From the NCBI GenBank assembly GCA_964016885.1, contig OZ024743.1, forward strand, positions 221,402,001 through 221,466,000: DNA of 64,000 nt. The letters run 5' to 3'. Position numbers and translations under genes: made by a program. This DNA is from Eledone cirrhosa (Eukaryota). Of this stretch, positions 44,911 through 58,600 are shown in pieces; within the stretch, counting starts at the first letter, position 1, and each line of letters opens with the position of its first letter. The notes under the pieces are model-generated. The model searched no databases, was not told the origin of the DNA, and worked only from the letters and a program-made list of their open reading frames with translations.

Positions 44911-46554
44911 TTTCAATTTTATATAGAATTTTATATAGAAATTAGATATAGATATAGAATTTTATATAGAAATTAGAAGTATTTCCACATTACTTAATCC
45001 TTTAAAAGCTCTCATCGGCGATGAATGACCATGCCATAGCACCTGGATAATTCCTCTACAAAGTGTAGGCACAAAGTGTTTCGTGGAAAACCAGTAGTCA
45101 CCCATGCTTGCAAATCTCCTTTCTTCACCATACCGATGTGTTGAAAGGGATAAGGTAAGAGACCGATACAGCTTGGTACCAGTGACGCACTAGCTCAACT
45201 CAGAACGTAAATAGCCGAAAAAGATAACACAAAGCATCACGTACGACTCCCTAACATAACCGCAACACCACCACCCATGTGACACAGGCACGTGGCCTAA
45301 TTGTACAGGTGTTGGACGTACCATCAGAATGTGGTGGTTTCGATTGTTTGCCTGGGATGTGTGTTGTGTTCTTATGCAAAACATTTCATTACGCGTTGCT
45401 CCGGAATACTCAGCTGAAATTAAGTAACAGCAATAAATGGGCGTTTAACTCTGCGATGGACTAGCTTCCTGTCTATGGCGGAGTCTTGTACTTCCAGTCG
45501 CTTTACGTCACGGAAACTTGGATAAACACCGACCTGGTGAGCCTCCGCGCTAGAGACAGACTTTAGACCACCCACTTTATTTATCGACCTGGAACGGATG
45601 ATTTCGATGGAATATAATAAACACAGAGCACAGAAAGCTAGAACAAATACCACGAATTATTTATAATCCGACTCTCCAATGACTCTGCCCATTTGCCGTA
45701 CTAGCCTGAACGTCACAAATTCCCTTAATATACATATAAGGTTTTGTAACAACTTGACAAGTAAACATATGAAGGCCTTTAAACAACTGGATAGTTCTTT
45801 CGGCTGTTTTCTAGGCTTTTCTCTCCGCTTTATTTCATGTATTTATCTATTTATCTATGTTAGCTTTGTTACTTTTCTCTTTCTTTCTCTTTTTTTACTT
45901 CAATTCTTTTCACTATTACAGACTATAAATGTCAAAAGAACTTTGAATGGGTTGTTAGATCAACGTATGTCAAGGATTTAGAGGGTAAAAACAGAGATGG
46001 GGAGACATAAAGAGAGAAACACTGAGAAAAGAGGAAAAGAAACAGAAATAGTGAGAGATTGAGAGATTAAGAAAGAAAGGAGAGAGAAGGTGGTAGAGAG
46101 AACAGAGAACATGATAGGTGGAACGAGGTAGCTTGAGAGAAGAAAAACAACGATAGAGAAACACAGGGGGTGAAAGTGGAACAAAGAGAGAGGGGAAGAA
46201 GAGGAAAGTGGGGAAGGATGAAACAAAAGTAAACGAGAGAAAACAAAACTTATAAACAATAGTATAAGACAGCAGAATTAGGTAAAACTGGTCTAGGAAA
46301 AATTAATGGCTTCAGTTCGCCCATAGACGTATGCACATACACGAATACATATCCATACACAATCATTGACTTTTATAAGAAACATCTAACAAGAGAGAAC
46401 GTCATTCTATTTATTATTCATTGACTTATCAGTAAATCTTATTTATAAAGACAGATGTAAATGTATTGAATCTTCTTGACCAGACGACACTCAGATAAGA
46501 TCAGTGGCGAAGGAACTACACTGACTTGATACACATCTGAAATTCGTCGCGTGT

Positions 46555-46733
<179 letters not shown>

Positions 46734-46734
46734 G

Positions 46735-46770
<36 letters not shown>

Positions 46771-46793
46771 TATATTATATATTTATATTTATT

Positions 46794-46837
<44 letters not shown>

Positions 46838-46950
46838 TTATATTTATTCATACATATATATATATATGTGTATGAATGCATGCATGCTTGTATGTATGTA
46901 TGTATGTATGTATGTATGTATGTATGTATGTATGTATGTATGTATGTATG

Positions 46951-47027
46951 TAGGGTGTCCCAAAAAATGTATACACATACTTTTTAGAATGCTGTTGAAG
47001 CGTGTATACATTTTTGGGTGACCAGTA
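46951..47027. mobile_element. tiny Tc1/mariner-like MITE
   Basis: Imperfect TIRs gggtgtcccaaaaaatgtatacac / gtgtatacatttttgggtgacca, with TA at both ends. Confidence 0.55.
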
Positions 47028-47099
47028 TATTTTAAGAACTTGTTTTCCTCACTCAGCTTTATTTCTTAATTATTTATACATATGTGTGTGTATATATAG

Positions 47100-47239
<140 letters not shown>

Positions 47240-47469
47240 ATATATATATATACATATTCAAATTTTAGTACACCATCAACGAAGCTTTTGGCAGCAGCCA
47301 AGCTAACGAATGCAGATTCGGTGTTCAGCTAAGCATTCAATGGTGAATATTACCCCAGAGTTATAACATTACGTTTAGACAGCTTTGCAAATCAAATACA
47401 GCGACCGATAGTCGGGCCGCATTGCCATAGCGACGAAAAAACTAAACTCAGGAAAATCTTTTGACAGAC

Positions 47470-47541
<72 letters not shown>

Positions 47542-47543
<2 letters not shown>

Positions 47544-48400
47544 TTAGCTCTGTTTCTCGACCGTTATATCGCGTGACTATCTCCCCCTCCGCCTTTTGGG
47601 ATTCTTTCTCACGTCGTGTAGACGCGTTCTTGAGGCTAGTAAAATGAGGTATCCTCTTGATAAGTCGGCAGACCTCGCAAGGACTCTATATCTTTATGAT
47701 GTATTGTTTTTGTTTATGCCACGAAACTACGTAGTCGAGGAATCTAGGAGCAGTTTAGGTATGATACATTTTATTACTAATTATATCTAAATGTTTCTTC
47801 TTTCTTCATAATGTATTTTTAACTCTGATACTGGTTCAGTCTGGTTCAACCGGATTAGTCTGTCCCAGTCATTCATTGAGCAACATCGGTGAGGTTGGCA
47901 CCCTTAACTCACGGTTGGGTGTGGATGCATTCATGTATATGTGTGTGTCCGCATGTATCTGTGTGTTTCTAAATATATTGTTAATAACTCCCTCTGGTCG
48001 AGCAATCTTTGAAGTGTTGTGACTGCTGAAAAGCAGCCATTACTCATACTTCTCGCCCCCTTCACCACCTCTTCTACGGCTTCGATATGAATACCCCCTC
48101 CGCCTCCGTGGTATTTTCTTCGGGGTTATAAGAGGCTTAGCTCTGTTTCTCGACCGTTATATCGCGTGACTATCTCCCCCTCCGCCTTTTGGGATTCTTT
48201 CTCACGTCGTGTAGACGCGTTCTTGAGACTAGTAAAATGAGGTATCCTCTTGATGAGTCGGCAGACCTCGCAAGGACTCTATATCTTTATGATGTATTGT
48301 TTTTGTTTATGCCACGAAACTACGTAGTCGAGGAATCTAGGAGCAGTTTAGGTATGATACATTTTATTACTAATTATATCTAAATGTTGCTTCTCTCTTC

Positions 48401-48405
<5 letters not shown>
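47542..48405 (+). mobile_element. retrozyme-like element: two 271-bp direct repeats, each with an HHR, around a 322-bp non-coding core
   Basis: Repeats 47542-47812 and 48135-48405 (4 differences seen), period 593; HHRs at 47652-47741 and 48245-48334; flanked by (TA)n. Confidence 0.8.
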
Positions 48406-48472
<67 letters not shown>

Positions 48473-48478
48473 CGTGTG

Positions 48479-48524
<46 letters not shown>

Positions 48525-48526
<2 letters not shown>

Positions 48527-48665
48527 CAGGATAGAACAAGCTTAAAACTGTTTAGACAATTATTCAACAGGGTACTCGAAATTTGAAATGGTAGAGTATG
48601 GCTAACATTTTAACGATTTGGTACCCGACTGCTGCGCTCTTGCTGTTTCAACAGCTATTTCCAAT
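48525..48665 (-). mobile_element. 5'-truncated HHR-half + tail element
   Basis: Reverse complement gaaatagctgtt-GAAA-cagc...gcag-TC-ggg...atactc...gagtacc; same layout as 41205-41338. Confidence 0.6.
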
Positions 48666-48724
48666 GTGTGTGTGTGTGTGGTTTTTGTGTGTGGTCGTGT
48701 GTGTGTGCGTGTGTGTGTGCGTGT

Positions 48725-49015
48725 GAAGACGCATGAGGTAGTGAGTTCAATTCTCGAACCAGGCAATGTGTTGTATCCTTGAGCAAGACAATTTATTTCA
48801 CGTCACTCCAATTTACTCAACTGTAGAAATGAGTTGTAACATCAATGGTGTCAGTCTGTATTGGTTTTTGACTTTTTCATGGGCAACATCGATGGCGTGG
48901 AGAGCGGACAGTGACATGCATAGGCGACTGCTGATCTTCCACAAACAACCTTGCCGGGACTTGTGCCTCGGAGGGAAATTTTCTTTGTGTAAACCTCATG
49001 GTAATTCGTGACCGA
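48725..49015 (+). mobile_element. CORE-type SINE
   Basis: gagttcaattctcg...gtgttgtatccttgagcaagaca...actcaactgtagaaatgag. Confidence 0.7.
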
Positions 49016-49128
49016 AAGAAGTTTATATATATATATATATATATATCGCATGGCCACTGTCGTCATCGAAATATGTATCACGGCCTTATCAATAAGGACT
49101 TTATCACCTAAACTTTGTATTTCCTTAT

Positions 49129-49240
<112 letters not shown>

Positions 49241-49285
49241 AACACATGGGTAGATTGATAGTTATGTATGTATGTATGTATGTAT

Positions 49286-49893
49286 GTCAGGTCACCAGTT
49301 GGTGCTACTGGTAACATGTATCCCAGTACAACCTGTCCCATGGTCGGGTCGTTGGCGACTAAACTGGCAACCCCACCAAGGTTTCTTGGTGAGGAGGCTG
49401 ACTTTGGACATCCTGCAGGACTAAAAACAAAACCTGTCAAAGGGAAATGGAGCTCTTAAGAGTCAATGGCCATCCAAAATCACCGGGAGAGATGACCCCT
49501 TAGCCTTTGTCAAGGCAGAATTCTAGGAGAAGGAAAACTCTGATATAACACCTGCAACCCTGATGGTATTCAATGGTGTTGACTTGTCCTTCTTTTTGGT
49601 AAATATCATCTTGGTTAAGAGAGTGGGACTTGTTTTGTGCAGTGCCTTTGCTCACTATAAAAGCTTCACGGCACAGGCATTGCTTTATATCTGGAGATCT
49701 CTATGCACTTGTCGTCACATGGTACCATGGGCCCAGCACTATGTGTCAATAATTGTCGCAAGTGTAGTGTTTGTACCAGAGTTTTCAAGTCGCTGGCTGG
49801 ACTAAAAAGTCACACTCGTTCAGCGCATCGGTAGGGGTTCTCCTACATGGATATAAAGTAGTGGCCGTACTCGAAAACGAGTTGGCAGCCACC
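49286..49893 (+). mobile_element. full-length (~607 bp) bipartite RTE-derived non-autonomous element (family A)
   Basis: Same 5' start (gtcaggtcacc) and 3' end as 57994-58600(-); RTE 5'UTR-like motif joined to C2H2 zinc-finger-coding ORF end [23 protein letters not shown] and a 3' hairpin. Confidence 0.8.
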
Positions 49894-50271
49894 ATGTATG
49901 AAATATGTACTAATACGAAGAGAATAGAGACATTGTCATATATGGTCCGCCCGCTAATTGGGTTGTTTTATAAAAGGTCCGGTTTTGAACATACGCGATC
50001 GGAAATTATTTCTTTAATAGAAAAATGGCTTCAGTTCACTTACACAAATGCATACACAAACTTTCATATCGATTCACTTACTTTTATAAGAAACATATCT
50101 AACAACAAGAAAGGAACACCATTGAATTTCTTATACAATGACTTATCAGTAAATCTTATTTATAAAGACAAATGAAAATGTATTGAATCTTCTTGACCAG
50201 ACGACACTGAGATAAGATCAGTGGCAGAGAAACTACACTGACTTGATACACATCTGAAATTTATGTATATG

Positions 50272-50335
<64 letters not shown>

Positions 50336-50441
50336 TAAACACACACACTCACACAAGTATGTGTGCATATATATATATATATGCCAGGGTTTTGCCAGTT
50401 TGAACAGCAGAGTACTCTATACTTGGCATAGTGCAGAATAA

Positions 50442-50475
<34 letters not shown>

Positions 50476-51049
50476 GGGGGGGTACGTGCGTGTTCGGCTC
50501 ACTATTGCAAGACCATGAGTTCGATTTCGGGAGGAGTATAGGTTATTTCACATTGTTCTAGGTTATTTCACATTGTTCTAGGCCAAAGGTTCTCAACGGG
50601 GGGCATATGTACCCCAGGGGGCGTTTTGGAACTCCAGGGGGGGGGGCGTATTGGAACAGGGGGGGAGCTCGGGGGGGGGGGGGGCACTGGAAGGCTCTTT
50701 ACTTTGGTAAGTTTTATAAGCCATATTTGTATGTCTCTGTGACAGCCAGTGAGAATGCATTTGAATGAGCATGCAGACAGCATAACTATGGTCTGACCGC
50801 AGCTGTAAGCAGTGTCTAAACATTAACCGGCAATTGAGATCCTAAAAATGGAAAAACCCAGTCAACTGGGTCAAGGACACTTTGAGAGCAGCCAGTTTGA
50901 ATATTGTCTTTGCTTCACCGATAACAATGTATTTCATGTCTGAAATTATTGACTCAACTGTAACGAGTTAACACTATGTAGATCTATTTTATTCCCTATA
51001 GTATAAATAATATTACAAATAAAAAAAGAAAAGAAAAAACACAAAAGCG

Positions 51050-51364
51050 CGTAGCACACACATCTAGGACCACATACAACACATAAGCAGGTAATACACA
51101 CATCTAGGACCACATACAACTCATAATCAGGTAGCACACACATCTAGGACCACATACAACACATAATCAGATAATACACACATCTAGGACTACATACAAC
51201 ATATAAGCAGGTAATACACACATCTAGGACCACATACAACACACAAGCAGGTAATACATACAGCTGGGACCACATGCACTACATAAGCAGGTAATACATA
51301 CATCTAGGACTGCATACAACACACAGGGAGGTAATACATACATCTAGGACCACATACAACACAC
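51050..51364 (+). repeat. 40-bp minisatellite, 8 units, inside the hAT element
   Basis: catctaggac (one variant) at 51061, 51101 ... 51341. Confidence 0.95.
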
Positions 51365-52385
51365 ATTGTATCATGTGCTACGGATGACGCAAGAGCAATG
51401 GTCGGCCAACATAAGGGTTTCTTCACTCTTCTGAAGAGAGAATATCTATCTGTATTTTCTGTTCATTGTGTCATTGATCAATAACACTCGGTGAGCCACT
51501 GAGCAAGTCCTTGCAGGTGGCCATTGATGTCATCAATTTTATCAAATACCATTCCCTCAATCAACAAAATTTTCGGTAACTATGCCAAGATAATGACGAA
51601 GAATTCGTCAAGTTGCTCCTTCATACTGAGTGAGGTGGCTTTCAAAGGGCAAGTGCCTTACTCACTTCTTTGAACTGTTCGACTCTATCATTGAGTTTCT
51701 TCGAGGACGCAACACAGAACTGTACAAGAAAACCCTCGATGTGAGGCAAGACTGCGCCTACCTCGCTAACACCTTTGACAAATGCAATAGCGTCATTATG
51801 GCTTTGCGGAGGGAAGAAGATTACTTTGCTTAAAGCAAGGAATGCTGTGAAAACATTCCTGGCCAAATTGAATGTCATCGAAAGGAATCTTTGTTGACGG
51901 GAATTCTATAATTTTCCTAGTGTCGCCAATGTTCAAAACATTGTAAGCGATGACCAACTCCAAATTTATACCGCTCACTTCCGTGCACTACAAGACAACA
52001 TGAGAGAACAGTTTGTTGACCTTTTGCCGATGGACATCCCAATGTGGATATCAGATCCCTTCATAGCCTCCGTCGACGATTTGGACGTTAAATTTCAGGA
52101 AGAATTCATTGAACTTCAAGCAGATAACATGATCAAAATTAGATTTCCCAAAATAGGTGAACCCCTTTTTTGGATGCAAGAGGAAATTCAGCGTCGATTT
52201 CCACTCCTACATGCAGAGGCTAAGAGATTTGCTCTGTCTTTTCCAAGCTCATACTTAGTCGAGAGGAGGTTTGGTGCAACCGCTACAATGTAATTACACG
52301 TGAAGATCGCTAGCTACATCTTAGGAAAATTCAGCCTCATGTCAAAGAGTTAGCTAGACTCCATGAAGCTCAAGGATTCCATTGA
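51365..52385 (+). pseudogene. hAT transposase pseudogene (ZBED5/SCAND3/Charlie-like)
   Basis: CATDDARAMVGQHKG (TDGA motif), VHCVI, RWLSKG and FPSSYLVERRF motifs across several frames, with stops and frameshifts. Confidence 0.85.
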
Positions 52386-53059
52386 AATGAGGTCAAAGTT
52401 AAAGTAAGTTGATTTATCCTAAAACTTGGATATGCTATTGTTACAAAGCAAACTAACAATTTTTTTTTATTTGTAGTTGCAGTCTGACTGCAATTCACTT
52501 ACTCAATTGTTGTATATATTTTACCATTTACTAATAAATACACCCTCTCATATAGTCATGAAAACCCCCTTCCACGGTCTCTAAGCTCACAAAGAGGAGG
52601 GGACATCAAGTTAGATATCAACATTTATTCTGTGTTTCAATAAAAGGAAAATTGAAAGCTTTGAAATGATATAATTGCCACTTTCTTCCAGATAAGACTA
52701 CTCTTTAGATAGACAGAGTTGCTCTTGTATAAATGTTCAAAATAATTGGTATCGCCTGGTGGGAATATAACAAATTCAACTGTTCCTTCAGCAGCACCGT
52801 TTTACATCCGTTCTTCCATGCTAGCATGGGTTAGACGGGTTGTCCTGTTGTGGGCAGTGTCCGGTCGGCTGACCTTGTCTTGCTCATACGGGAACTGATT
52901 CTGGTTTGATTTCTACAGTTGGATGCCCTTCCTAACACCAACCTCATTTACAGTGAGAGCTGGATGCTTTTTTCCGTGGCGCCTACACGTCCACTTTTAC
53001 AGTGTGGGCTGGGTGCTTTTTTTGCCGTGGCACCTCCACAACCACTTTGCAGTGGAATG

Positions 53060-53222
53060 ATAGGGACCCCAATCCTATCATCTCTTTTGAGCTGAGTAAA
53101 TTGGAGCAATGTGAAATAAAGTGTCTTACTCAAGGAAACAACACATCACCCGGTCCGAGAATTGAACTCACAACCTTTTGATTGCAAGCCCAATGCTCTA
53201 ACCACTAAGCCATGCGCCTTCC
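53060..53222 (-). mobile_element. CORE-type SINE nested in the hAT element
   Basis: Reverse complement of the 38522-38682 family. Confidence 0.8.
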
Positions 53223-53591
53223 TTATTCATAAAAAAGAACATTTATGTTCCTTTTTTTTTAATTTATATATTTCCTTCCAAGGAATGTATTTATACTCTC
53301 AGCTGCCTGCAATGGTATCTTTGGAATATTGTTAATCAATTTTTTAGTAATCGACTGATATCAAAATCCGTAGTATATTGAAAAATGGAAAAATAGGGTA
53401 GGGGCGTTTCGTGATTTTGAGGGACAATAGGGGACGTTTGGTCTAAATGGGTTGAGAACCTGTGTTCTAGGCAACTCAACTGGAAAAAAATTATCCATTA
53501 CGCTGAATCTCTCTGAATTTTTGAGAATCCCGTTAAAATTACTCGTGTCTGTGAAAATTTCAGCCACTTGCATACATACATTCATATAATC

Positions 53592-53632
<41 letters not shown>

Positions 53633-53649
53633 GTGTGTGTGTGTGTGTC

Positions 53650-54045
53650 TGATGGTAGCTAAGATGCTTCCATAGGCAGTATGCCGGTTGAGCACTCTAT
53701 ATTCTTACGGAGCAGAGTATGATATAATATAAAACGAAAAATCAGTGATGCATCTGAACTCAATTTATCGTGTGGTACAATTGTTTCGCCGGCGGACAGC
53801 TCGAGACACGATCATTGTGTGGATTTGTCTGATTCTGGACCCCCAGGTTCGACGGACACGTCTAATGATTTCGGAGCAAATTTTCTCACAGAAATCATTA
53901 GACGTGTCCGTCTAACCTACGGATCCAGAATCAGACAAATCCACACAATGATCGTGTCTCGAGCTGTCCGCCGGCGAAACAATTGTAACACACAATAAAT
54001 TGAATTCAGATGCATCACAGATTTTTCGTCTTATATTATATATAT
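53650..54045 (-). mobile_element. fold-back element with ~150-bp inverted arms plus tail
   Basis: Arms 53722-53872 and 53891-54041, 18-nt loop; tail 53650-53720(-) homologous to 16930-17010. Confidence 0.8.
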
Positions 54046-54309
54046 AGGCACGACGGTATTCGGCAGATTTCCATCTACCAAATTTTACTCACAAACTTAC
54101 TTGCGTAAGGTCCAACGCTGTGGGAGTGAAAGTGAAACCACATGACAGCGAAGGGAACTATTTAACCATATATTAATATCTGCGCTTAAATGCACTAGAC
54201 TTCTAGACCAAAGATTTTCAAACAGAAAGCACAGAAAGACTCCAATGTGAGGAATTTTAAACAGGGAAAAAATTCGAGAAGACACCTGGGAAAGAATATT
54301 GTGTGTGTG

Positions 54310-54376
<67 letters not shown>

Positions 54377-54401
54377 ACAGCCGTCGGGGTTTCCTTTTTC
54401 C

Positions 54402-55259
54402 TATATATATATATATGTGCATGCTACTGTACGTCTGTATACATATATGTATGTACGTATACATGCATACTTACATTTAAGTAAGTGCCATACTAAGAGT
54501 GAGAAATGAAATTTCGTTTTCATTTTGTTTCAATTTATCGTTTTCGGTATGCCTGACCGATTTAACTCACTCAATATGCAAATTAGGCTGCTCAGCCGTT
54601 AATTTTCATAAGGAAAGTATATACTTTCGAACGTTCAACTATCTGGCAGATGGGTAAACGGTGCTGATGATAGCTAACAAGCTTGAAACTAGTACATCGT
54701 TCCTGTGTCAGTGTTGAACAAAAAGGTGACGTGGTTGCCTTAACACCGTATGGCATAAATTCAGGCTGTTCAGTTTGTTTACAAACGAACAAAGTGACGT
54801 TATAATAAGCGCCGCTAAACTGATACGTGCATATATGTATGTGTACCTGTATGCATATGTATGTATATATGTATATATATATATATGTGCATGCTACTGT
54901 ACGTCTGTATACATATATGTATGTACGTATACATGCATACTTACATTTAAGTAAGTGCCATACTAAGAGTGAGAAATGAAATTTCGTTTTCATTTTGTTT
55001 CAATTTATCGTTTTCGGTATGCCTGACCGATTTAACTCACTCAATATGCAAATTAGGCTGCTCAGCCGTTAATTTTCATAAGGAAAGTATATACTTTCGA
55101 ACGTTCAACTATCTGGCAGATGGGTAAACGGTGCTGATGATAGCTAACAAGCTTGAAACTAGTACATCGTTCCTGTGTCAGTGTTGAACAAAAAGGTGAC
55201 GTGGTTGCCTTAACACCGTATGGCATAAATTCAGGCTGTTCAGTTTGTTTACAAACGAA
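54402..55259 (+). mobile_element. retrozyme/pLTR-like tandem repeat (period 470) with two minimal HHRs
   Basis: 54402-54789 matches 54872-55259; HHR aacggtg-CTGATGA-t agc taacaa gct t-GAAA-ctag-TA-catcgtt at 54657-54701 and 55127-55171. Confidence 0.85.
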
Positions 55260-55260
55260 G

Positions 55261-56721
55261 ATGGGTCTGGTCCACACGGCCATCTCAATGGCCAAGAAAA
55301 CCCACACAGATAGATGGAACGGGTGGACCAGAGCCATACGGACACCCGAAAACCACGATGAACTGAAGAAAATGATTGCACATGCGGTAGGGGCCAGCAT
55401 AAAATTAACCCTTAAGGAACATATGCTCAAATTTAATGGTAAAACATATGCCCAAGAGGAAGGAGCAGCCATTGGTGTTAGCATTGCAGGCGACATAGCT
55501 AACTTATTCATGGTATGGTGGGACAGTAGACTTAAACAAAAACTTAAAGAACAATTAGAAGACAGCTTAACCCTGATAATGTACTCCCGCTACGTAGATG
55601 ATATAAACATCGTAGTTAAGACACCCCCACTAAAGAACAGTCAGGAACTAGAGAAAAACACAATGGAAAGCATCCAGCAAATAGCAAACTCCATCCACCA
55701 GAGCATTAGAGTTACTATAGACTACCCAAGTAGACACCCCAACCATCGATTACCTGTACTAGACACAGAGCTCTGGTTAGATACCATTAACAACCAAAAA
55801 CAAATCCTCCATTCCCATTATGCCAAACCCATGACTTCCAAACATCTGATCCACCGAAACTCGGCCATTTCGGACCATACCAAAATCAACATACTGATTG
55901 CGGATTTGGTACGGGTGATGAGAAATGTGTCCCGCGTGTGCAACCCCGAAGAACTAGAGAGACACATACAACACTTCATCCACCGTATGCAGTTCTCTGG
56001 CTACAATCAGAGAGATAGAATCAGAGTGTATAAAGGAGCCAGAACCAAATGGGAAAAAATGGTAAATAATGACATAAATGGGACCTGCCCCTTGTATAGG
56101 AGCAAATTTTGGAATAGAATAGAAAGAACTAGGAACAAGGCCAATAGAATAAACTCATGGTATGATAGCAATAAATACCAGAGTGTAATGTTCATCAATA
56201 CAACCCCTAGAGGCGAACTAGCCTACAAATTTAGAAGGGCCCTAAATAAACATAAACTCAATATTAAGATAGTAGAAAGACCAGGTACCTCCGTAAAAAC
56301 ACTTATTAGCAGGACATACCCGTTCCAAAGACCCTCATGTATAGATAAGAAATGTATAACCTGTAAAATAAGCCCCCATATTAACTGTAAAACTAGAAAT
56401 GTAGTGTATAGCATAAGATGTACTGAAGGACAATGTAGAAACAAAAATATAGTGTACATAGGTGAGACAGCTCGTAGTATAGGGGAACGAATAAATGAAC
56501 ACTGGCGAGACCTCCAAGATAATAAAGAATCATCTGTGCTCTACCAACATGCCAAGATAGAACACAGGGGTAGATTAGAGAACATAGAAATAAAAATAGA
56601 ATCCACACACAGAAAAGATGCAATGTTTAGGCAAATTACAGAGGCAGTAAGCATAAAAGAATTACAACCAAAATTAAATAGAAAATATGAGTGGAACAGC
56701 AACATCACAACTTACAATTAA
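55261..56721 (+). CDS. Penelope-like element polyprotein, 5'-truncated: RT C-terminal half + Cys linker + GIY-YIG endonuclease (probably Naiad-like)
   Basis: QEEGAAIG...MVWWD, YSRYVDD, LPVLD, HYAKPM; CxxxxCxxC linker; VVYSIRC-x3-C...YIGET, R..EH, ..QH, E...LN. ORF is open to the stop. The track's first 36 codons (55153-55260) come from the upstream repeat. Clade call is an inference. Confidence 0.93.
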   Translation: MGLVHTAISMAKKTHTDRWNGWTRAIRTPENHDELKKMIAHAVGASIKLTLKEHMLKFNGKTYAQEEGAAIGVSIAGDIANLFMVWWDSRLKQKLKEQLEDSLTLIMYSRYVDDINIVVKTPPLKNSQELEKNTMESIQQIANSIHQSIRVTIDYPSRHPNHRLPVLDTELWLDTINNQKQILHSHYAKPMTSKHLIHRNSAISDHTKINILIADLVRVMRNVSRVCNPEELERHIQHFIHRMQFSGYNQRDRIRVYKGARTKWEKMVNNDINGTCPLYRSKFWNRIERTRNKANRINSWYDSNKYQSVMFINTTPRGELAYKFRRALNKHKLNIKIVERPGTSVKTLISRTYPFQRPSCIDKKCITCKISPHINCKTRNVVYSIRCTEGQCRNKNIVYIGETARSIGERINEHWRDLQDNKESSVLYQHAKIEHRGRLENIEIKIESTHRKDAMFRQITEAVSIKELQPKLNRKYEWNSNITTYN

Positions 56722-57392
<671 letters not shown>

Positions 57393-57930
57393 TATATATA
57401 TATAGACACACAACCAAGCTATTAGCAGGGAAGGATGGACAGAGAAATTAACTCTCTTCTCTTTGTATGTGAAAATTAATTTTTCTTCCCCTTTCTATTT
57501 TTATTTTTATTATTGCAACTTAATATTCTGCATATCCGCAATTAACAATGCATATAATGTTGAAACCAGTATTCTTCAATCAAGATGTAATATTAGGAAA
57601 AGCAATCGACGTTATGCAATTCATGCATCTTCGATGTTGGATCTTGTTGGTGGTGCGAGAACGGAGTTAATTATGACTGCGTAAAGTAACAGGAGGCTGG
57701 ACTGTTGAAATTCCTTCAAAGATTTATTATAGCAAACAATATATACATTTCAGTGGCCAAGTTCAGTAAGATTCTGGTGAGATCATCAGGTTGTTTATTG
57801 CATAATAGTTACACAATAAAGGAATAATCGTAAACACAATCCAAGAGCCTAAAAAAAACAGAGGAAGATGATTTTGACTCCCATGTGGTCAGGGCCAGTT
57901 GTTGTCAGTTTGGCTGACTACCTTCGAGTC

Positions 57931-57993
<63 letters not shown>

Positions 57994-57996
<3 letters not shown>

Positions 57997-58600
57997 GCTG
58001 CCAACTCGTTTTCGAGTACGGCCACTACTTTATATCCATGTAGGAGAACCCCTACCGATGCGCTGAACGAGTGTGACTTTTTAGTCCAGCCTGCGACTTG
58101 AAAACTCTGGTACAAACACTACACTTGTGACAATTACTGACACATAGTGCTGGGCCCATGGTACCATGTGACGACAAGTGCAGAGAGATCTCCAGATATA
58201 AAGCAATGCCTGTGCCGTGAAGCTTTTATAGTGAGCAAAGGCACTGCACAAAGCCAGTCCCACTCTCTTAACCAAGATGATATTTACCAAAAAGAAGAAC
58301 AAGTCAACATCATTGGATACCATCAGGGTTGCAGGTGTTATATCAGAGTTTTCCTTCTCCTAGAATTCTGCCTTGACAAAGGCTAAGGGGTCATCTCTCC
58401 CGGTGATTTTGGATGGCCATTGACTCTTAAGAGCTCCTTTGCCCTTTGACAGGTTTTGTTTTTAGTCCTGCAGGATGTCCAAAGTCACCCTCCTCACCAA
58501 GAAACCTTGGTGGGGTTGCCAGTTTAGTCGCCAACGACCCGACCATGGGACAGGTTGTACTGGGATACATGTTACCAGTAGCACCAACTGGTGACCTGAC
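57994..58600 (-). mobile_element. full-length family A RTE-derived element
   Basis: Reverse complement of 49286-49893; TA-rich flanks. Confidence 0.8.

Larger units (their letters stand above)
50584..53464 (+). mobile_element. hAT (Buster/Charlie-type) DNA transposon, decayed
   Basis: TIRs caaaggttctcaac / gttgagaacctgtg; exact 8-bp TSD ttctaggc at 50576-50583 and 53465-53472; internal transposase remnants. Confidence 0.9.

Noticed and set aside
47596-48383. Duplicated 64-aa ORFs
   Set aside because: TTG starts, no motifs, and they overlap the HHR in the direct repeats.
55153-55260. N-terminus of the 522-aa ORF
   Set aside because: Derived from the non-coding 470-nt repeat and starts inside the HHR; an accidental in-frame fusion.
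57731-57800. Possible HHR on the minus strand (CTGATGA...GAAA tgtata TA)
   Set aside because: Stem II does not pair and stem I is out of register; at most a heavily decayed copy.
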